The notes under the pieces: model-generated
What the model was told of the DNA's origin: nothing
The model's database searches: none
The model's input: the letters and a program-made list of their open reading frames with translations, nothing else
Shown here: positions 17,766 through 26,810 of the stretch, piece after piece
Layout: every line of letters starts with the position of its first letter
Numbering within the stretch: the stretch's first letter is position 1
IMG/VR virus record: IMGVR_UViG_3300048997_000467
Location: 1-52,219 of that record
DNA length: 52,219 bases
Strand: one strand, 5' to 3'
Source: a virus
Taxonomy: Duplodnaviria > Caudoviricetes
Translations under genes and position numbers: made by a program

Positions 17766-18935
17766 TCAGAGGGCGAGGCCGGGGGTGATTTGGCAGCGGC
17801 GCTCGATGAGGCGCACGTAGGCCGGGTTCAGCTCGATGAGGAGGGCCGCGCGCCCCAGCTCGAGCGCCACGGCGCCGGTGGTGCCGCTGCCGGCAAAGGG
17901 ATCGAGGATGACCTCGCCCGGCCGCGAGCCGGCCAGGATGCACGGCTTGATGAGCGCCGGCGGGTAGGTGGCGAAGTGCGCCTCGGCAAAGCTGAAGGTG
18001 GGGACCGTCCACACGCTGCGCTTGTTGCGCATCGTCTCAACGACTTCGTAATATTCGCCGGAAGGAGTTCGCCCCTTGCGATGGATCGTGCCGTGGGCGC
18101 CCTCGCCCTTGCTCGTATCCCATCCCGCCGGCTTGCGATGTTTTCGCGCTGCTTTGGAGGCGCGGCCGAGTTGATGCAGCTCAGTCTTTCCCTCGCAAAA
18201 GGAGGATCCGGAATCGCCTCTCGTCATCGGCTCCCGCACCGCCGCGGCGTCGTAATAGTAGCGCTGGGATTTGGTGAGGAGGAAGAGGTACTCGTGCGCC
18301 TTGGTGGGGCGATCGGTGACGCTCTCGGGCATGGGGTTCGGCTTGTGCCAGATGATATCCGCCCGCAGGTACCAGCCCGCCGCCTGCAGGGCAAAGGCCA
18401 CCCGCCACGGGATGCCCACCAGGTCTTTCGGCTTGAGGCCTGGGGCGAGCGTGCTGCGCTTCCCGCCCACGGATTGCTTAAGTGTCTCGCGATATTTCGT
18501 TTCACCCTTCGCGCCGTTGAGGCCTGACGATTTACTCACCCCATCGCATCCCGCGGGCGCCGAGGCGTAGCTATCGCCCAGGTTCACCCAGCACGTGCCA
18601 TCGTGGCGCAGCACGCGGCGCACTTCCTCGTAGATGGCCACGAGCTTCGCCACGAATTCCTCCGGCGTGCGCTCCAGCCCGAGCTGGCCCGCCACCCCGT
18701 AATCGCGCAGGCCCCAGTAAGGCGGGCTGCTCACGCAGCACTGCACGCTCTCGCTGGGCAGGGCGCGCAGGTGCGTGAGCGCATCGCCGGTGAGGATGCG
18801 CAGAGGCGGGTGGATGGATGGACGATTGGATTGCTGGATTGCTGGCGGAGAAAGCCGCTTCGCGCGGGGGCGGCGAGGGGCACAAACGGGCGCGGCGGCC
18901 GGAGGCGGCGGCGTTTCGGTGGCGAGGGTTTCCAT
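17766..18935 (-). CDS. DNA methyltransferase, N4-cytosine/N6-adenine, beta class
   Basis: SSPPYWGLRDY, IIWHKPNPMPES, HFATYP, DPFAGSGTT. Confidence 0.93.
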   Translation of the reverse strand: METLATETPPPPAAAPVCAPRRPRAKRLSPPAIQQSNRPSIHPPLRILTGDALTHLRALPSESVQCCVSSPPYWGLRDYGVAGQLGLERTPEEFVAKLVAIYEEVRRVLRHDGTCWVNLGDSYASAPAGCDGVSKSSGLNGAKGETKYRETLKQSVGGKRSTLAPGLKPKDLVGIPWRVAFALQAAGWYLRADIIWHKPNPMPESVTDRPTKAHEYLFLLTKSQRYYYDAAAVREPMTRGDSGSSFCEGKTELHQLGRASKAARKHRKPAGWDTSKGEGAHGTIHRKGRTPSGEYYEVVETMRNKRSVWTVPTFSFAEAHFATYPPALIKPCILAGSRPGEVILDPFAGSGTTGAVALELGRAALLIELNPAYVRLIERRCQITPGLAL

Positions 18936-18982
18936 GCGTGGCGTTCGTGCTTTTGGTGGCGAGGGCCGCGGCGGCCGGGCGC

Positions 18983-19906
18983 TTATTCCTTGGGCGCGCC
19001 GGTGAGGGGGATGAGGCCAGTAGCTCCGGCGATGTCTTCGCGGATGAAGAGGAGGGCCTGGCGAAAGACATCGTGCGGGCGCTGGAGGTGGTAGGCGATG
19101 GTGAGGCGCTTGCTGGCTACGCTGAAGGCGAGCCGGGCTTTGAGGGTGAATTCTTCGCCGCCTTCAAAGACGGGGAGGCGCAGCTCGATCATGGGCGGGA
19201 GCTTCATTTTGCCCTCCATGGGGCGCCCCTGCTCGATCGTCTCCTGGTACACGAGCTGCACGGCGCCGCTGGTGCGATCGATCTTGCTGGAAAACTCCGC
19301 TTCGCTGTGGGCCTGGAAGTTCAGCGCGATCTCCATGAGGGTGGCGCTATCGGGCGAGACGATTTCGAGCGCGTTGGCCTCGATGAAGTCGGTGAATTCG
19401 CTTTGCTTGAGGGGCTGGCCATTCTGCCCGAGCCAGGTGGCCCACGGGAGGGAAGGCGGGCACGGATAGTGGGCGCGGTGCGCGCAGCGGGCAGGCAGAT
19501 TCGCCTCGCCCTGGCCGCCGGCGTGATAATCGAAAATAGCGGTGAAGCAGGCGCCCTGGAAGGAGCCGAGCACGGGCAGGGTGGCGAAGAGCACGGTGTG
19601 GAGCTGCTGATGCCGCTTCACGTAAAGCGCGAAGGATTCGGGATCGCGCAGGGTGACTTCCTGCCGGATGTGATCGGGCAAGGGCGCGAGATCCTCGTGC
19701 GGGAGGTAGGTGAGCGTTTCCGCGCCATCGGCGGCGTGGGTGAGGACGTAGGGCTGGCGCCCGGCGAGGTGCTGCGGGCCGGCGAGGAGGCGGCCGGCGG
19801 CGATGAGCTCGGTGACGCCTGTGCCGCTGGTGGTATTGAGGAGATCACGGCGTTCGTTCGATCCTTCGAGGTTGTTGCCGGCGCCTTCTTTCTTGGAGGT
19901 TCTCAT
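18983..19906 (-). CDS. DUF2303 (YfdQ-like) phage protein
   Basis: AIFDYH, W..W..NG..L.Q.EF..FIE.N, LPVFEG...LKARL motifs. Confidence 0.8.
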   Translation of the reverse strand: MRTSKKEGAGNNLEGSNERRDLLNTTSGTGVTELIAAGRLLAGPQHLAGRQPYVLTHAADGAETLTYLPHEDLAPLPDHIRQEVTLRDPESFALYVKRHQQLHTVLFATLPVLGSFQGACFTAIFDYHAGGQGEANLPARCAHRAHYPCPPSLPWATWLGQNGQPLKQSEFTDFIEANALEIVSPDSATLMEIALNFQAHSEAEFSSKIDRTSGAVQLVYQETIEQGRPMEGKMKLPPMIELRLPVFEGGEEFTLKARLAFSVASKRLTIAYHLQRPHDVFRQALLFIREDIAGATGLIPLTGAPKE

Positions 19907-19963
19907 AGGTGTGTTGCGTGGTTTGTTTTCTGATGGGCTGACTGACTTGGGTTTGGGGACTGG

Positions 19964-20473
19964 CTACTTTTGGGAAAGGGCCTGGCGCTCTTCCCACAGC
20001 TCGCGCTGTTTGGGATCGTGCCGGGTGAGGGCGCCATCTTCGGTGGCGAAGAAGACGCCGGGCTCGGGATCGGGCTCGGGCTTGGTGATCTTCAGCGAAG
20101 GCTGGAGCACGAGCGCGGTGGAGCCTTTCATGGGCCCGATGCCGAGGGTGATGGTGACTTTGCCTTTGCCGCGGAGCTTATCCACGGCGCTGGTGACCAC
20201 CTTCATTTGCTCGCCCGCCTCGCGCAGCACCTGGCCGGCATCGAGGTGATTGAGCGCGTAGAGGAAGGGGTTGGCATCCAGCTCGCGCAGGCGGGCGGCG
20301 AGGGTTTCGCGCTCGGTGGTGAGGGCGGCGATGGCGCCGTGGGAACGCTCCAGGGCGGCGTGGGTCTCATTGAGCTGGGTGAGGAGATCGGGCGCGGGAT
20401 CGGGCAGGGCGGCGAGGGGCGCGGCGAGGCCGGTGCTGGCGGTGCTCTTGGGGGCTTCGGTGATGGTGGGCAT
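19964..20473 (-). CDS. YfdP-like partner of DUF2303, 169 aa
   Basis: KGKVTITL ... VFFATEDGALTRHDPKQ; adjacent to DUF2303. Confidence 0.7.
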   Translation of the reverse strand: MPTITEAPKSTASTGLAAPLAALPDPAPDLLTQLNETHAALERSHGAIAALTTERETLAARLRELDANPFLYALNHLDAGQVLREAGEQMKVVTSAVDKLRGKGKVTITLGIGPMKGSTALVLQPSLKITKPEPDPEPGVFFATEDGALTRHDPKQRELWEERQALSQK

Positions 20474-20554
20474 GGCGTGGCGTGGGTTTGGATTGGTGGA
20501 TTATTGGATGGGTGGATGGATGGGGCGGGCTCGGCTCTGACGACTGGCGATTGG

Positions 20555-20929
20555 CTACTCGGCGGCGCTGAGCGCTCCGCTCATCGGCAAGGCTCGCCGG
20601 GCGGGGCGGCGCTCTTCAAAGAGGCCGGTGAGGAGCTCGGCGAGGAGGCGATCGCCGCGCAGGTGCAGGGCGCGGCGGAGTTTGTGGATGGCTTTGCGCT
20701 CGATGACCCAGATGGCGCCTTCGGTGACGCCGGCCCACTCGGCGATCTCGGCCCGGGTGTACTGCACGCCCGGCAGGCGATGGCACGCGAAGATGGCGAG
20801 GCCGAGATCCACCCGCGCACTGCGGGCGGGCCCGTGCAGCCCCACGGTCTCGGCGCGCTGCTCGGCCCGGCGGGCTTTCTGCGCGGCGTAGGGCTGGGTG
20901 CTGGCGTAGTGCGGGCGCGGGGTGCTCAT
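20555..20929 (-). CDS. Stand-alone sigma-70 region-4-like HTH protein, 124 aa
   Basis: YTRAEIAEWAGVTEGAIWVIERKAIHKLR resembles the region 4.2 pattern T..EI....GVT...I..IE.KA..KLR. Confidence 0.7.
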   Translation of the reverse strand: MSTPRPHYASTQPYAAQKARRAEQRAETVGLHGPARSARVDLGLAIFACHRLPGVQYTRAEIAEWAGVTEGAIWVIERKAIHKLRRALHLRGDRLLAELLTGLFEERRPARRALPMSGALSAAE

Positions 20930-21255
20930 GCGGGGGAGAAGGCGCCCATGGGGCGGCCGGGGAGATTGAAGGCGCGGGCCATGGCGGTGGCCTGGGCTTC
21001 GGTGAGGCCGATGCAGAGCACGGCCTCGATGATGGTGATGCCCGGCTTGACGCGCGCGGTGCGGACGATGAACCAACCGCGCACCGGGAGCTCCACGGAT
21101 TTACCCTGGCGGGTGGGTATGAGAAGGCCGGAGCCGGCTTCCGCTTCGCGCGCCTCGTAGTGCCATTGGCGATCCTGCCGCAGATCGTGCAGCAAGGCGG
21201 CGGGGTGCTCGCGGTAATGCTGGGCGAGGGCCGCGGTGAAATTGCCGGCGCTCAC
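20926..21255 (-). CDS. Hypothetical protein, 109 aa
   Basis: Coupled ORF in the early operon. Confidence 0.55.
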   Translation of the reverse strand: MSAGNFTAALAQHYREHPAALLHDLRQDRQWHYEAREAEAGSGLLIPTRQGKSVELPVRGWFIVRTARVKPGITIIEAVLCIGLTEAQATAMARAFNLPGRPMGAFSPA

Positions 21256-21516
21256 GAGGCGGCCTCGTTTGCGCGGGGGGCAAGGGTCTGATATTTGTCT
21301 AGCTGTTTGGTAGGCATACCACTCGGGTGTTTGGAAGATGGCCGGCTCGGCTGAGGTAAACTGGGCGCTCTCTTTCCCGCCCTTTCCGTGAGGCGGCGCC
21401 GGGGCTGATTTCCCGGCGCCGCCTGGCTATGTCGCGGATGGGTTGAGAGTGGAGAGTTGAGGGTTGAGGGTTGAGAGACTCGGATGGCGCGGCGCTGCCG
21501 CACTGGGGTTTGGGCG

Positions 21517-22029
21517 TTAGGCGTGGGGTTGGTTTGGAGAAGGAGAGACGGCGGGAGGCGGAGACGGGGGGAGGGCAGACTCGACCGCGGTGAGGATGGC
21601 CCGCAGGATGATGGGCGGGCGGTCTTCGTTCGCGCCCTGGGGATGGGTGGAGTGATACCAGGCGAGAGCGCGCATGATTTCCGTGCCTCCAAGACACGCG
21701 ATGCGCCAAGCGTCACCGCCCCGCGCCCATGCTGGGTAGGAGTGCTCCCACTGCGCCCGCGTCACCCCCGGAGCGGTCGCGAGAAACGCGCGGATTTGGC
21801 TGACGGTCTCATCCGACAAGCGCTTTTTTCCAGGCGCGAAGTAGTGCTTCGCGAGGATGGGATTTTCTCGCGGTGAAGCGGCGGTGACGCGCAAATGGAG
21901 AAAGCTCACGCTGGGCCAGCATTCCCGCAGATCGAGCAGGCGAGAGTAGGCGGCCGCCCCTCGGGTTTCGGCGAGCACCAAGCGATCAAAGTCCCGCTCT
22001 CCTTTCACTTCCACATTCCAGTATCTCAC
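21517..22029 (-). CDS. Hypothetical protein, about 170 aa
   Basis: GTGA overlap with upstream gene. Confidence 0.5.
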   Translation of the reverse strand: MRYWNVEVKGERDFDRLVLAETRGAAAYSRLLDLRECWPSVSFLHLRVTAASPRENPILAKHYFAPGKKRLSDETVSQIRAFLATAPGVTRAQWEHSYPAWARGGDAWRIACLGGTEIMRALAWYHSTHPQGANEDRPPIILRAILTAVESALPPSPPPAVSPSPNQPHA

Positions 22030-22625
22030 GGCTGGAGCCTGCCTTTCAGGATGGCGCGCTCCAGGTCGGTGAGATCCCAGTGGGCGAGCACGGCGTAGAG
22101 CTGGCCGTGCAGGTGGCGCAGGAGGAGGGGATCGCGCGGGACGGCTTCCCACTCCGCCTCCCACAGGATGTGGTAATGGCTGAGCGCGGCTTTGGGCCGC
22201 AGGCGCGGGGGGATGGAGGGGAGCAGGGCGCGCACCTGCCACACTTGCCGGCCATCCGCTCCTTTCATGAGGGGATCGGCGCCGTAGGTGCCGCGGGGGA
22301 GGCGGATGTAGCTAAGCGTGGCGCGCTCCACGAGCGATTCCGTGAAGCTGAAGGTGGGCAGCCTGTAGTGATGCCGGAAGTAGCACCACTGCGCATCGGC
22401 GCGGCAGATGGCGAGGCGCGGGCGGCCGCGCTCATCGAGCCCCGTCTGCCGCATGACGTCCTCGAGATCGAGCAGCTTGCGGCCTTTGACGAGCTGGCGG
22501 TAGCCGCGAAGGATGGCCAGATCCTCGGCCCGGTGCTGCTCGCGCACGGCCTGGCGATATTCGCGGATGGCAGAGCGCGCGGCGGCTTCTTCCATGGAGA
22601 TCATGGGCAGGGTGGTGAGGCTCAT
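22026..22625 (-). CDS. Hypothetical protein, 199 aa
   Basis: Clean ORF in the early operon. Confidence 0.7.
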   Translation of the reverse strand: MSLTTLPMISMEEAAARSAIREYRQAVREQHRAEDLAILRGYRQLVKGRKLLDLEDVMRQTGLDERGRPRLAICRADAQWCYFRHHYRLPTFSFTESLVERATLSYIRLPRGTYGADPLMKGADGRQVWQVRALLPSIPPRLRPKAALSHYHILWEAEWEAVPRDPLLLRHLHGQLYAVLAHWDLTDLERAILKGRLQP

Positions 22626-22665
22626 TGGCAGGAGGGTTGAGAGTTGAAAGTTGAGGGTTGAGTCC

Positions 22666-22965
22666 TTAACGGAACGGAACGTATGAGCGTTCCTTCAGCT
22701 CCAGCTCGAAGGCGAAGGGCTCGGTGCGGGAGAATTGGCCATCGAAGCGCTGGATGAATTCCATGGCGGAAGCGGGCAGGGTGCCGCTCTCGGTGGAGTC
22801 GGCGCTGTAGATCGTGACTTCATCCACCCCCACGGAGAGGCTGAAGTCTTTGGCGCCGGGATAGGCGGCTCGGATGGCCAGGGCCAGCGGGCAACAGTTC
22901 GGCAAATACTGGCGCCCGGCCGCGATGTGCCCAGCGGTGACGGTGACGGCGACGGTGATCTTCAT
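22666..22965 (-). CDS. Hypothetical protein, 99 aa
   Basis: ATGA coupling. Confidence 0.6.
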   Translation of the reverse strand: MKITVAVTVTAGHIAAGRQYLPNCCPLALAIRAAYPGAKDFSLSVGVDEVTIYSADSTESGTLPASAMEFIQRFDGQFSRTEPFAFELELKERSYVPFR

Positions 22966-23255
22966 TGCGCCGCCTCGCTTTCCTTCCGCACGGTGACGCG
23001 GGAGAGGAGGACGCCGCCGAGGTGGCCTTCGATGACGACCACGGCGGTGTGGCCGTGGCAGAGGAAGGCGACGGTGCGCGTGTGGCTCTCGAGGATCGCC
23101 TCGCCGGGCATGGCGGGCCGGTAGGTGATGAGGGTGCCGGGCGGGAATTGCTCGTTCCAGAGCCGCACTTCGCTGGCGGCGAGGGCGCGCGAACGCTCGC
23201 TCAAATCGAAGCTCGGCCGGGCGAGGGGCGAAGGGCTGAGGGTCGGTGGGTTCAT
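22962..23255 (-). CDS. Hypothetical protein, 97 aa
   Basis: ATGA coupling; WNEQFPPGT motif. Confidence 0.6.
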   Translation of the reverse strand: MNPPTLSPSPLARPSFDLSERSRALAASEVRLWNEQFPPGTLITYRPAMPGEAILESHTRTVAFLCHGHTAVVVIEGHLGGVLLSRVTVRKESEAAQ

Positions 23256-24001
23256 GCGGCGGCGCTCCTTTCGCCGGAAGGTTTGGCGAGGGATTCGCGG
23301 AACTTTTGTTCGCGCGCCTGGTACTCGCGCTGGCGCCGCTGGTAGGCGCGCTCGCGCACGGCGGTGATGAGGCTGCCGAGGGCGCGCTCTTCCAGCTTGC
23401 AGCGCTTCCAGGCGGCGCGCTGGGCGTCGTCCAGGTCGGCCCATTCCAGCTTGAGGAGGAGCTTGAAAACCTGCTCGTGAGCGCCGCTGGTGTGCCAGGT
23501 GTAGCCGAGATCGGCGGCGGCATCGCTGGAATGCTCGGCATCGTTCAGCGCCACGCGAAAGGCGCGGATGCGGGCGATGGTCTCATTCAGCTTGCGCAGG
23601 CGGCCGGGGAAGGCGGGCTTTTGCGGATGGCGCCGGTGCAGGCATTCGCCATGCACGCCGGCGAAGAGGGCATCGAGCTGATCGTAGGTGAAGCCATGGC
23701 GGCGGAGGGCGGCGTGAGCGTCTTTGAAGGGGTCTTCGTGGCCTTCAAAGGAAGCGGGCATGGTCCCCTCCAGCCAATCGGCCAGGCTGGTGGCGAGGGA
23801 GCGCAGGCCGAAGAGGTGGCAGGCGATCTCTTCATCGCTCGCTTGCTCGATGAGACGGTGCTCGGCATAGCCGTGCCCGCTGATCCGGCCGCGATTGCGG
23901 GCGATGGAATGGAGATCGTCCTCGAGGAAATCCGTGAACTGTTCAGCCATGCGCTCGAGGTGGCCGAGGGTGAATTTGGCGGGGGCGGGTGGAGGGTTCA
24001 T
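23252..24001 (-). CDS. Hypothetical protein, 249 aa
   Basis: ATGA coupling on both sides. Confidence 0.6.
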   Translation of the reverse strand: MNPPPAPAKFTLGHLERMAEQFTDFLEDDLHSIARNRGRISGHGYAEHRLIEQASDEEIACHLFGLRSLATSLADWLEGTMPASFEGHEDPFKDAHAALRRHGFTYDQLDALFAGVHGECLHRRHPQKPAFPGRLRKLNETIARIRAFRVALNDAEHSSDAAADLGYTWHTSGAHEQVFKLLLKLEWADLDDAQRAAWKRCKLEERALGSLITAVRERAYQRRQREYQAREQKFRESLAKPSGERSAAA

Positions 24002-24282
24002 GCGGTTGCTCCCGTGCGGTGATCGCGCTGGGCGCGTTCGAGGGCGTTGAGCAATTCCACCCACAGCTCTTTCGCCTCATCCTCGGGAGCGATGTTTTCG
24101 ATGCCGGCTTTGACGAAGTTCATGGCATCGGTGATGCACTGAAGTTCTTTTGGCCGCTCCACGTGGGCTTCGATTTTGACGCCGGAGGTGGTGACGATGG
24201 TGAAGAGGCAGCGAGCCTCGCGGCTCAGCTTCCAATTCACTTCGACTTTGGCTTTGCGGGGAGGAGGGCTGGAAATGGGCAT
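23998..24282 (-). CDS. Hypothetical protein, 94 aa
   Basis: ATG 24282; coupled to the downstream gene. Confidence 0.55.
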   Translation of the reverse strand: MPISSPPPRKAKVEVNWKLSREARCLFTIVTTSGVKIEAHVERPKELQCITDAMNFVKAGIENIAPEDEAKELWVELLNALERAQRDHRTGATA

Positions 24283-24316
24283 GGGTGTGTCTTTGATGGG
24301 GCGCGGGGGCGCGGGT

Positions 24317-24703
24317 TCAGGCGGCGGCTTGGGGTCGCTTCGGCGGCGGGGCCGAGGGGGCGGGGAGCACGTGGGGCTGGCCGGCGGTGGCGGCCTTGGC
24401 GCGGCCTTTGATGCGGCGCGCTTTGAGCGCCTCGAGCAACTGGCTGCGGAGGTAGCGCGGCTCGGTGGGGCCGAGGGCGGTGGAGCGATCGATGCCCCAC
24501 CCCACATGGTTTTCGGCGAGGGTGCGCGCGGCTTTGAAGCCGAGGAAGGCGGCGGCTTGCTCGGTATCCATCACTTCCGTCTTCGCCTCGGCCACGGCCT
24601 GGATGAGCGCGGCCCGATCCTCCGGCGCGCTGAAGACGGCGGCGAAGAACCGCTCGGCGCCCAGGGCCAGGCCCTCGATGATGTGCTGCTCGGTGATCTC
24701 CAT
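24317..24703 (-). CDS. Excisionase-like HTH protein, 128 aa
   Basis: VMDTEQAAAFLGF..RTL ... PRYLRSQL. Confidence 0.6.
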   Translation of the reverse strand: MEITEQHIIEGLALGAERFFAAVFSAPEDRAALIQAVAEAKTEVMDTEQAAAFLGFKAARTLAENHVGWGIDRSTALGPTEPRYLRSQLLEALKARRIKGRAKAATAGQPHVLPAPSAPPPKRPQAAA

Positions 24704-24705
24704 GG

Positions 24706-24999
24706 CTACCAAGCCCCCCTTTCGCGCTTCTCGAAATACCAGGCGACCAATAGCATGGAGCCCACGAAGCCGAGGAAGTAGCCTAGCAACCCCCCGATGA
24801 CCGAATGCCACTCGACCCGACTCTGAGCAGCTTCCTCGGCGCGATCATCGGCTCGCTGGCCGGCGTCTCGGGCGCGGTCCTCACCAGCGTGATCGTCAAG
24901 CGCAGCGAAGAGCGCCGGCATTACCGGGAGATCATCGACCGGACGAACGCGCCCGGCACACGAAAGCCATAGCAGCACCGCAGAGAAGAGAATGACCAT
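24706..24999 (-). CDS. Small membrane protein (overlapped by antisense ORF 24805..24972)
   Basis: Hydrophobic termini; stop abuts the xis-like gene; start uncertain. Confidence 0.4.
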   Translation of the reverse strand: MVILFSAVLLWLSCAGRVRPVDDLPVMPALFAALDDHAGEDRARDAGQRADDRAEEAAQSRVEWHSVIGGLLGYFLGFVGSMLLVAWYFEKRERGAW

Positions 25000-25018
25000 G
25001 GGCGCGGCGGGGTGCGGG

Positions 25019-25198
25019 TTACTGATTTTGGCGATCAACCCACCACTGGGCGGTAACAGCGCCCGTGATCCAACCGAGGCCACAGGAAATGAGCAGGGTG
25101 GAAATCCGCGCCAAGACACCGGTGTCGTGGGCGGGGTAAAGCACGAAGCCGATGGTGATCGCGTAGATCGCTAGGACGTGGCTGAATTTTACGCTCAT
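25019..25198 (-). CDS. Small membrane protein, 59 aa
   Basis: Two hydrophobic segments; N-terminus resembles 25204..25473. Confidence 0.55.
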   Translation of the reverse strand: MSVKFSHVLAIYAITIGFVLYPAHDTGVLARISTLLISCGLGWITGAVTAQWWVDRQNQ

Positions 25199-25199
25199 A

Positions 25200-25514
25200 C
25201 GGGTTAGCGGCGCGGGAAGCGGCGGGAGCCGCGGAGATCGTACGGACGCACGCGGGAGAGGCAGAAGAACGCGCCGATCAGGAGGGCCAGACAGAAGGCC
25301 GCGAGGAGGAAGATGCAGCGGGGCGCGCCGGCGGGGAGCATGGGGAGAATGGCCGCCGTGAAGCTGGACAGCCCGGCAAAGGCCGCGATGGCGACGAGGA
25401 TGGAAGGGCGCAGGAGCAAGAAGCCAATGGTGCTCGCGTGCATCGCTAAGAGGTGGCGGAAGTTCAGGCGCATGGTGATGCGGGTTAGCGGCGCGGGAAG
25501 CGGCGGGAGCCGCG
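25200..25514. repeat. 34-bp exact direct repeat (25200..25233 and 25481..25514)
   Basis: CGGGTTAGCGGCGCGGGAAGCGGCGGGAGCCGCG occurs twice. Confidence 0.9.
25204..25473 (-). CDS. Small membrane protein, 89 aa
   Basis: Hydrophobic; ends RGSRRFPRR. Confidence 0.6.
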   Translation of the reverse strand: MRLNFRHLLAMHASTIGFLLLRPSILVAIAAFAGLSSFTAAILPMLPAGAPRCIFLLAAFCLALLIGAFFCLSRVRPYDLRGSRRFPRR

Positions 25515-25682
25515 CTCATCGGAAGGGCGAATGCGCGAGAGGAAGGCGAGGCCCACGAGGAGGCAGGCGAGCCACAGGCTGATGACGATCAAGACCCATC
25601 CGCCCACGCTGGCCGGGAGCCCTTTGAGAATGAACGCATCGGCGATGGCCAGCGCGGTGAGGGAAAAGAGAAAGGCGCGCAT
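25485..25682 (-). CDS. Small membrane protein, 65 aa
   Basis: Two TM-like segments; ends RGSRRFPRR. Confidence 0.6.
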   Translation of the reverse strand: MRAFLFSLTALAIADAFILKGLPASVGGWVLIVISLWLACLLVGLAFLSRIRPSDERGSRRFPRR

Positions 25683-25697
25683 GGTGAGCGGGAGGGC

Positions 25698-25907
25698 TCA
25701 GGCGGCTTTCGCCGTGCGGCGTGCGCGGGGCGACTTGAACCCGAGAGCCTCGAGCAGGAGCGGCAGGCCCATCTCGGTGGCTTTGCGGATGGTATCGGCA
25801 TCGGAGAGGCGGGTTTTCTCCGCGGCCTCCTTGATGTGCTCGACCACTTCCGGGTGGAACCGGACCGGGATGGCCGGCCCGAGAAGCTGACTGGTTTTCT
25901 TCGGCAT
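25698..25907 (-). CDS. RHH (Arc/Mnt/CopG-like) regulator in Cro position, 69 aa
   Basis: IPVRF..IKEAAE..S.AD.IR; first gene of the leftward operon. Confidence 0.75.
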   Translation of the reverse strand: MPKKTSQLLGPAIPVRFHPEVVEHIKEAAEKTRLSDADTIRKATEMGLPLLLEALGFKSPRARRTAKAA

Positions 25908-25986
25908 GAGAGTTGTATACCGATAATAGACAACCCATGCAACAATTTTGTTGTATATTTTTGAGATTCACTCAATCTCCCCTCCC
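25908..25986. promoter_or_regulatory. Divergent promoter/operator region of the lysis-lysogeny switch
   Basis: AT-rich gap with GTTGTATA twice, TAGACAAC, and the near-palindrome CAACAATTTTGTTG. Confidence 0.65.
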
Positions 25987-26262
25987 ATGGCCCGACCGAC
26001 CGGCAATCCCACGAAGCCGATTCCAGTGAGATTCACGAAGCAGCTCCTCGCCCAAATCAAGGAGGCGGCGGAGCTGATGCCAGGCTATTCGGCTGTGGAC
26101 ATCATCCGGCTGTGTACGGAGATCGGCCTTGTCCGGCTCCGCAGAATCAATTATCGCGTGGCCGAGGTGCTCGATGCGGGTACGGGCCGCTACGGAATGG
26201 AGGACTCCCTACGGGTGGCGGAGGATGAACCGAAGTCCGCTCGTGGCGGGAAAAAGGAGTAG
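25987..26262 (+). CDS. RHH regulator in CI position, 91 aa
   Basis: IPVRF..IKEAAE..S.VDIIR..TEIGL; paralog of the divergent gene. Confidence 0.75.
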   Translation: MARPTGNPTKPIPVRFTKQLLAQIKEAAELMPGYSAVDIIRLCTEIGLVRLRRINYRVAEVLDAGTGRYGMEDSLRVAEDEPKSARGGKKE

Positions 26263-26330
26263 AGGGAACCTATGCAAACGTCATCGACATTGCCCCTTAT
26301 CTTCGCTAAAAGCCCCTGTAAAGTTTCACG

Positions 26331-26810
26331 ATGAAAATACAGAATTGGTTGCCTTTATTCTTTGTGTTGGCGCTCGTCTCATCGGCCCGCGCCAGGATCG
26401 GTGAGAATCAAGATCAGGCAGCCGTGAGGTATGGCTCCATTCAGAAGGTAACAAAAGGACCCCATGGCTTCGATTCGTTTTGGTACCAGATCAAGGACAT
26501 CGAAGTTAGGATCAACTTTCTCAACGGCCGGGCGGCCTCGATCACGTTCAGTGGTGGCATGTCGCTGGGAATGCTTTCGGAAATGATGAAAGCCAATTCC
26601 GATGGCCAAGCTTGGACAATCGACGCGAAAGGATCAGCTTTCGAATCCAGGCCAGACGAGTTTGGAATTTCGTCCCCGGTGAACATCTACCGCCGAGCGG
26701 ATGGGATGGCTACGGCAAGGCATTTCCATTGCTATGACGGCTCAGATATTTTGAGGATTGAGACCGTTGAATTTGAACGCGAGTGCCTCAAGCCTGCCAC
26801 TGGTTTCTGA
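26331..26810 (+). CDS. Secreted/periplasmic protein, 159 aa; homolog of satellite 45153..45638
   Basis: Signal peptide ending ARA, then RIGE....RYG; MMKANSDGQAW. Confidence 0.7.
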   Translation: MKIQNWLPLFFVLALVSSARARIGENQDQAAVRYGSIQKVTKGPHGFDSFWYQIKDIEVRINFLNGRAASITFSGGMSLGMLSEMMKANSDGQAWTIDAKGSAFESRPDEFGISSPVNIYRRADGMATARHFHCYDGSDILRIETVEFERECLKPATGF

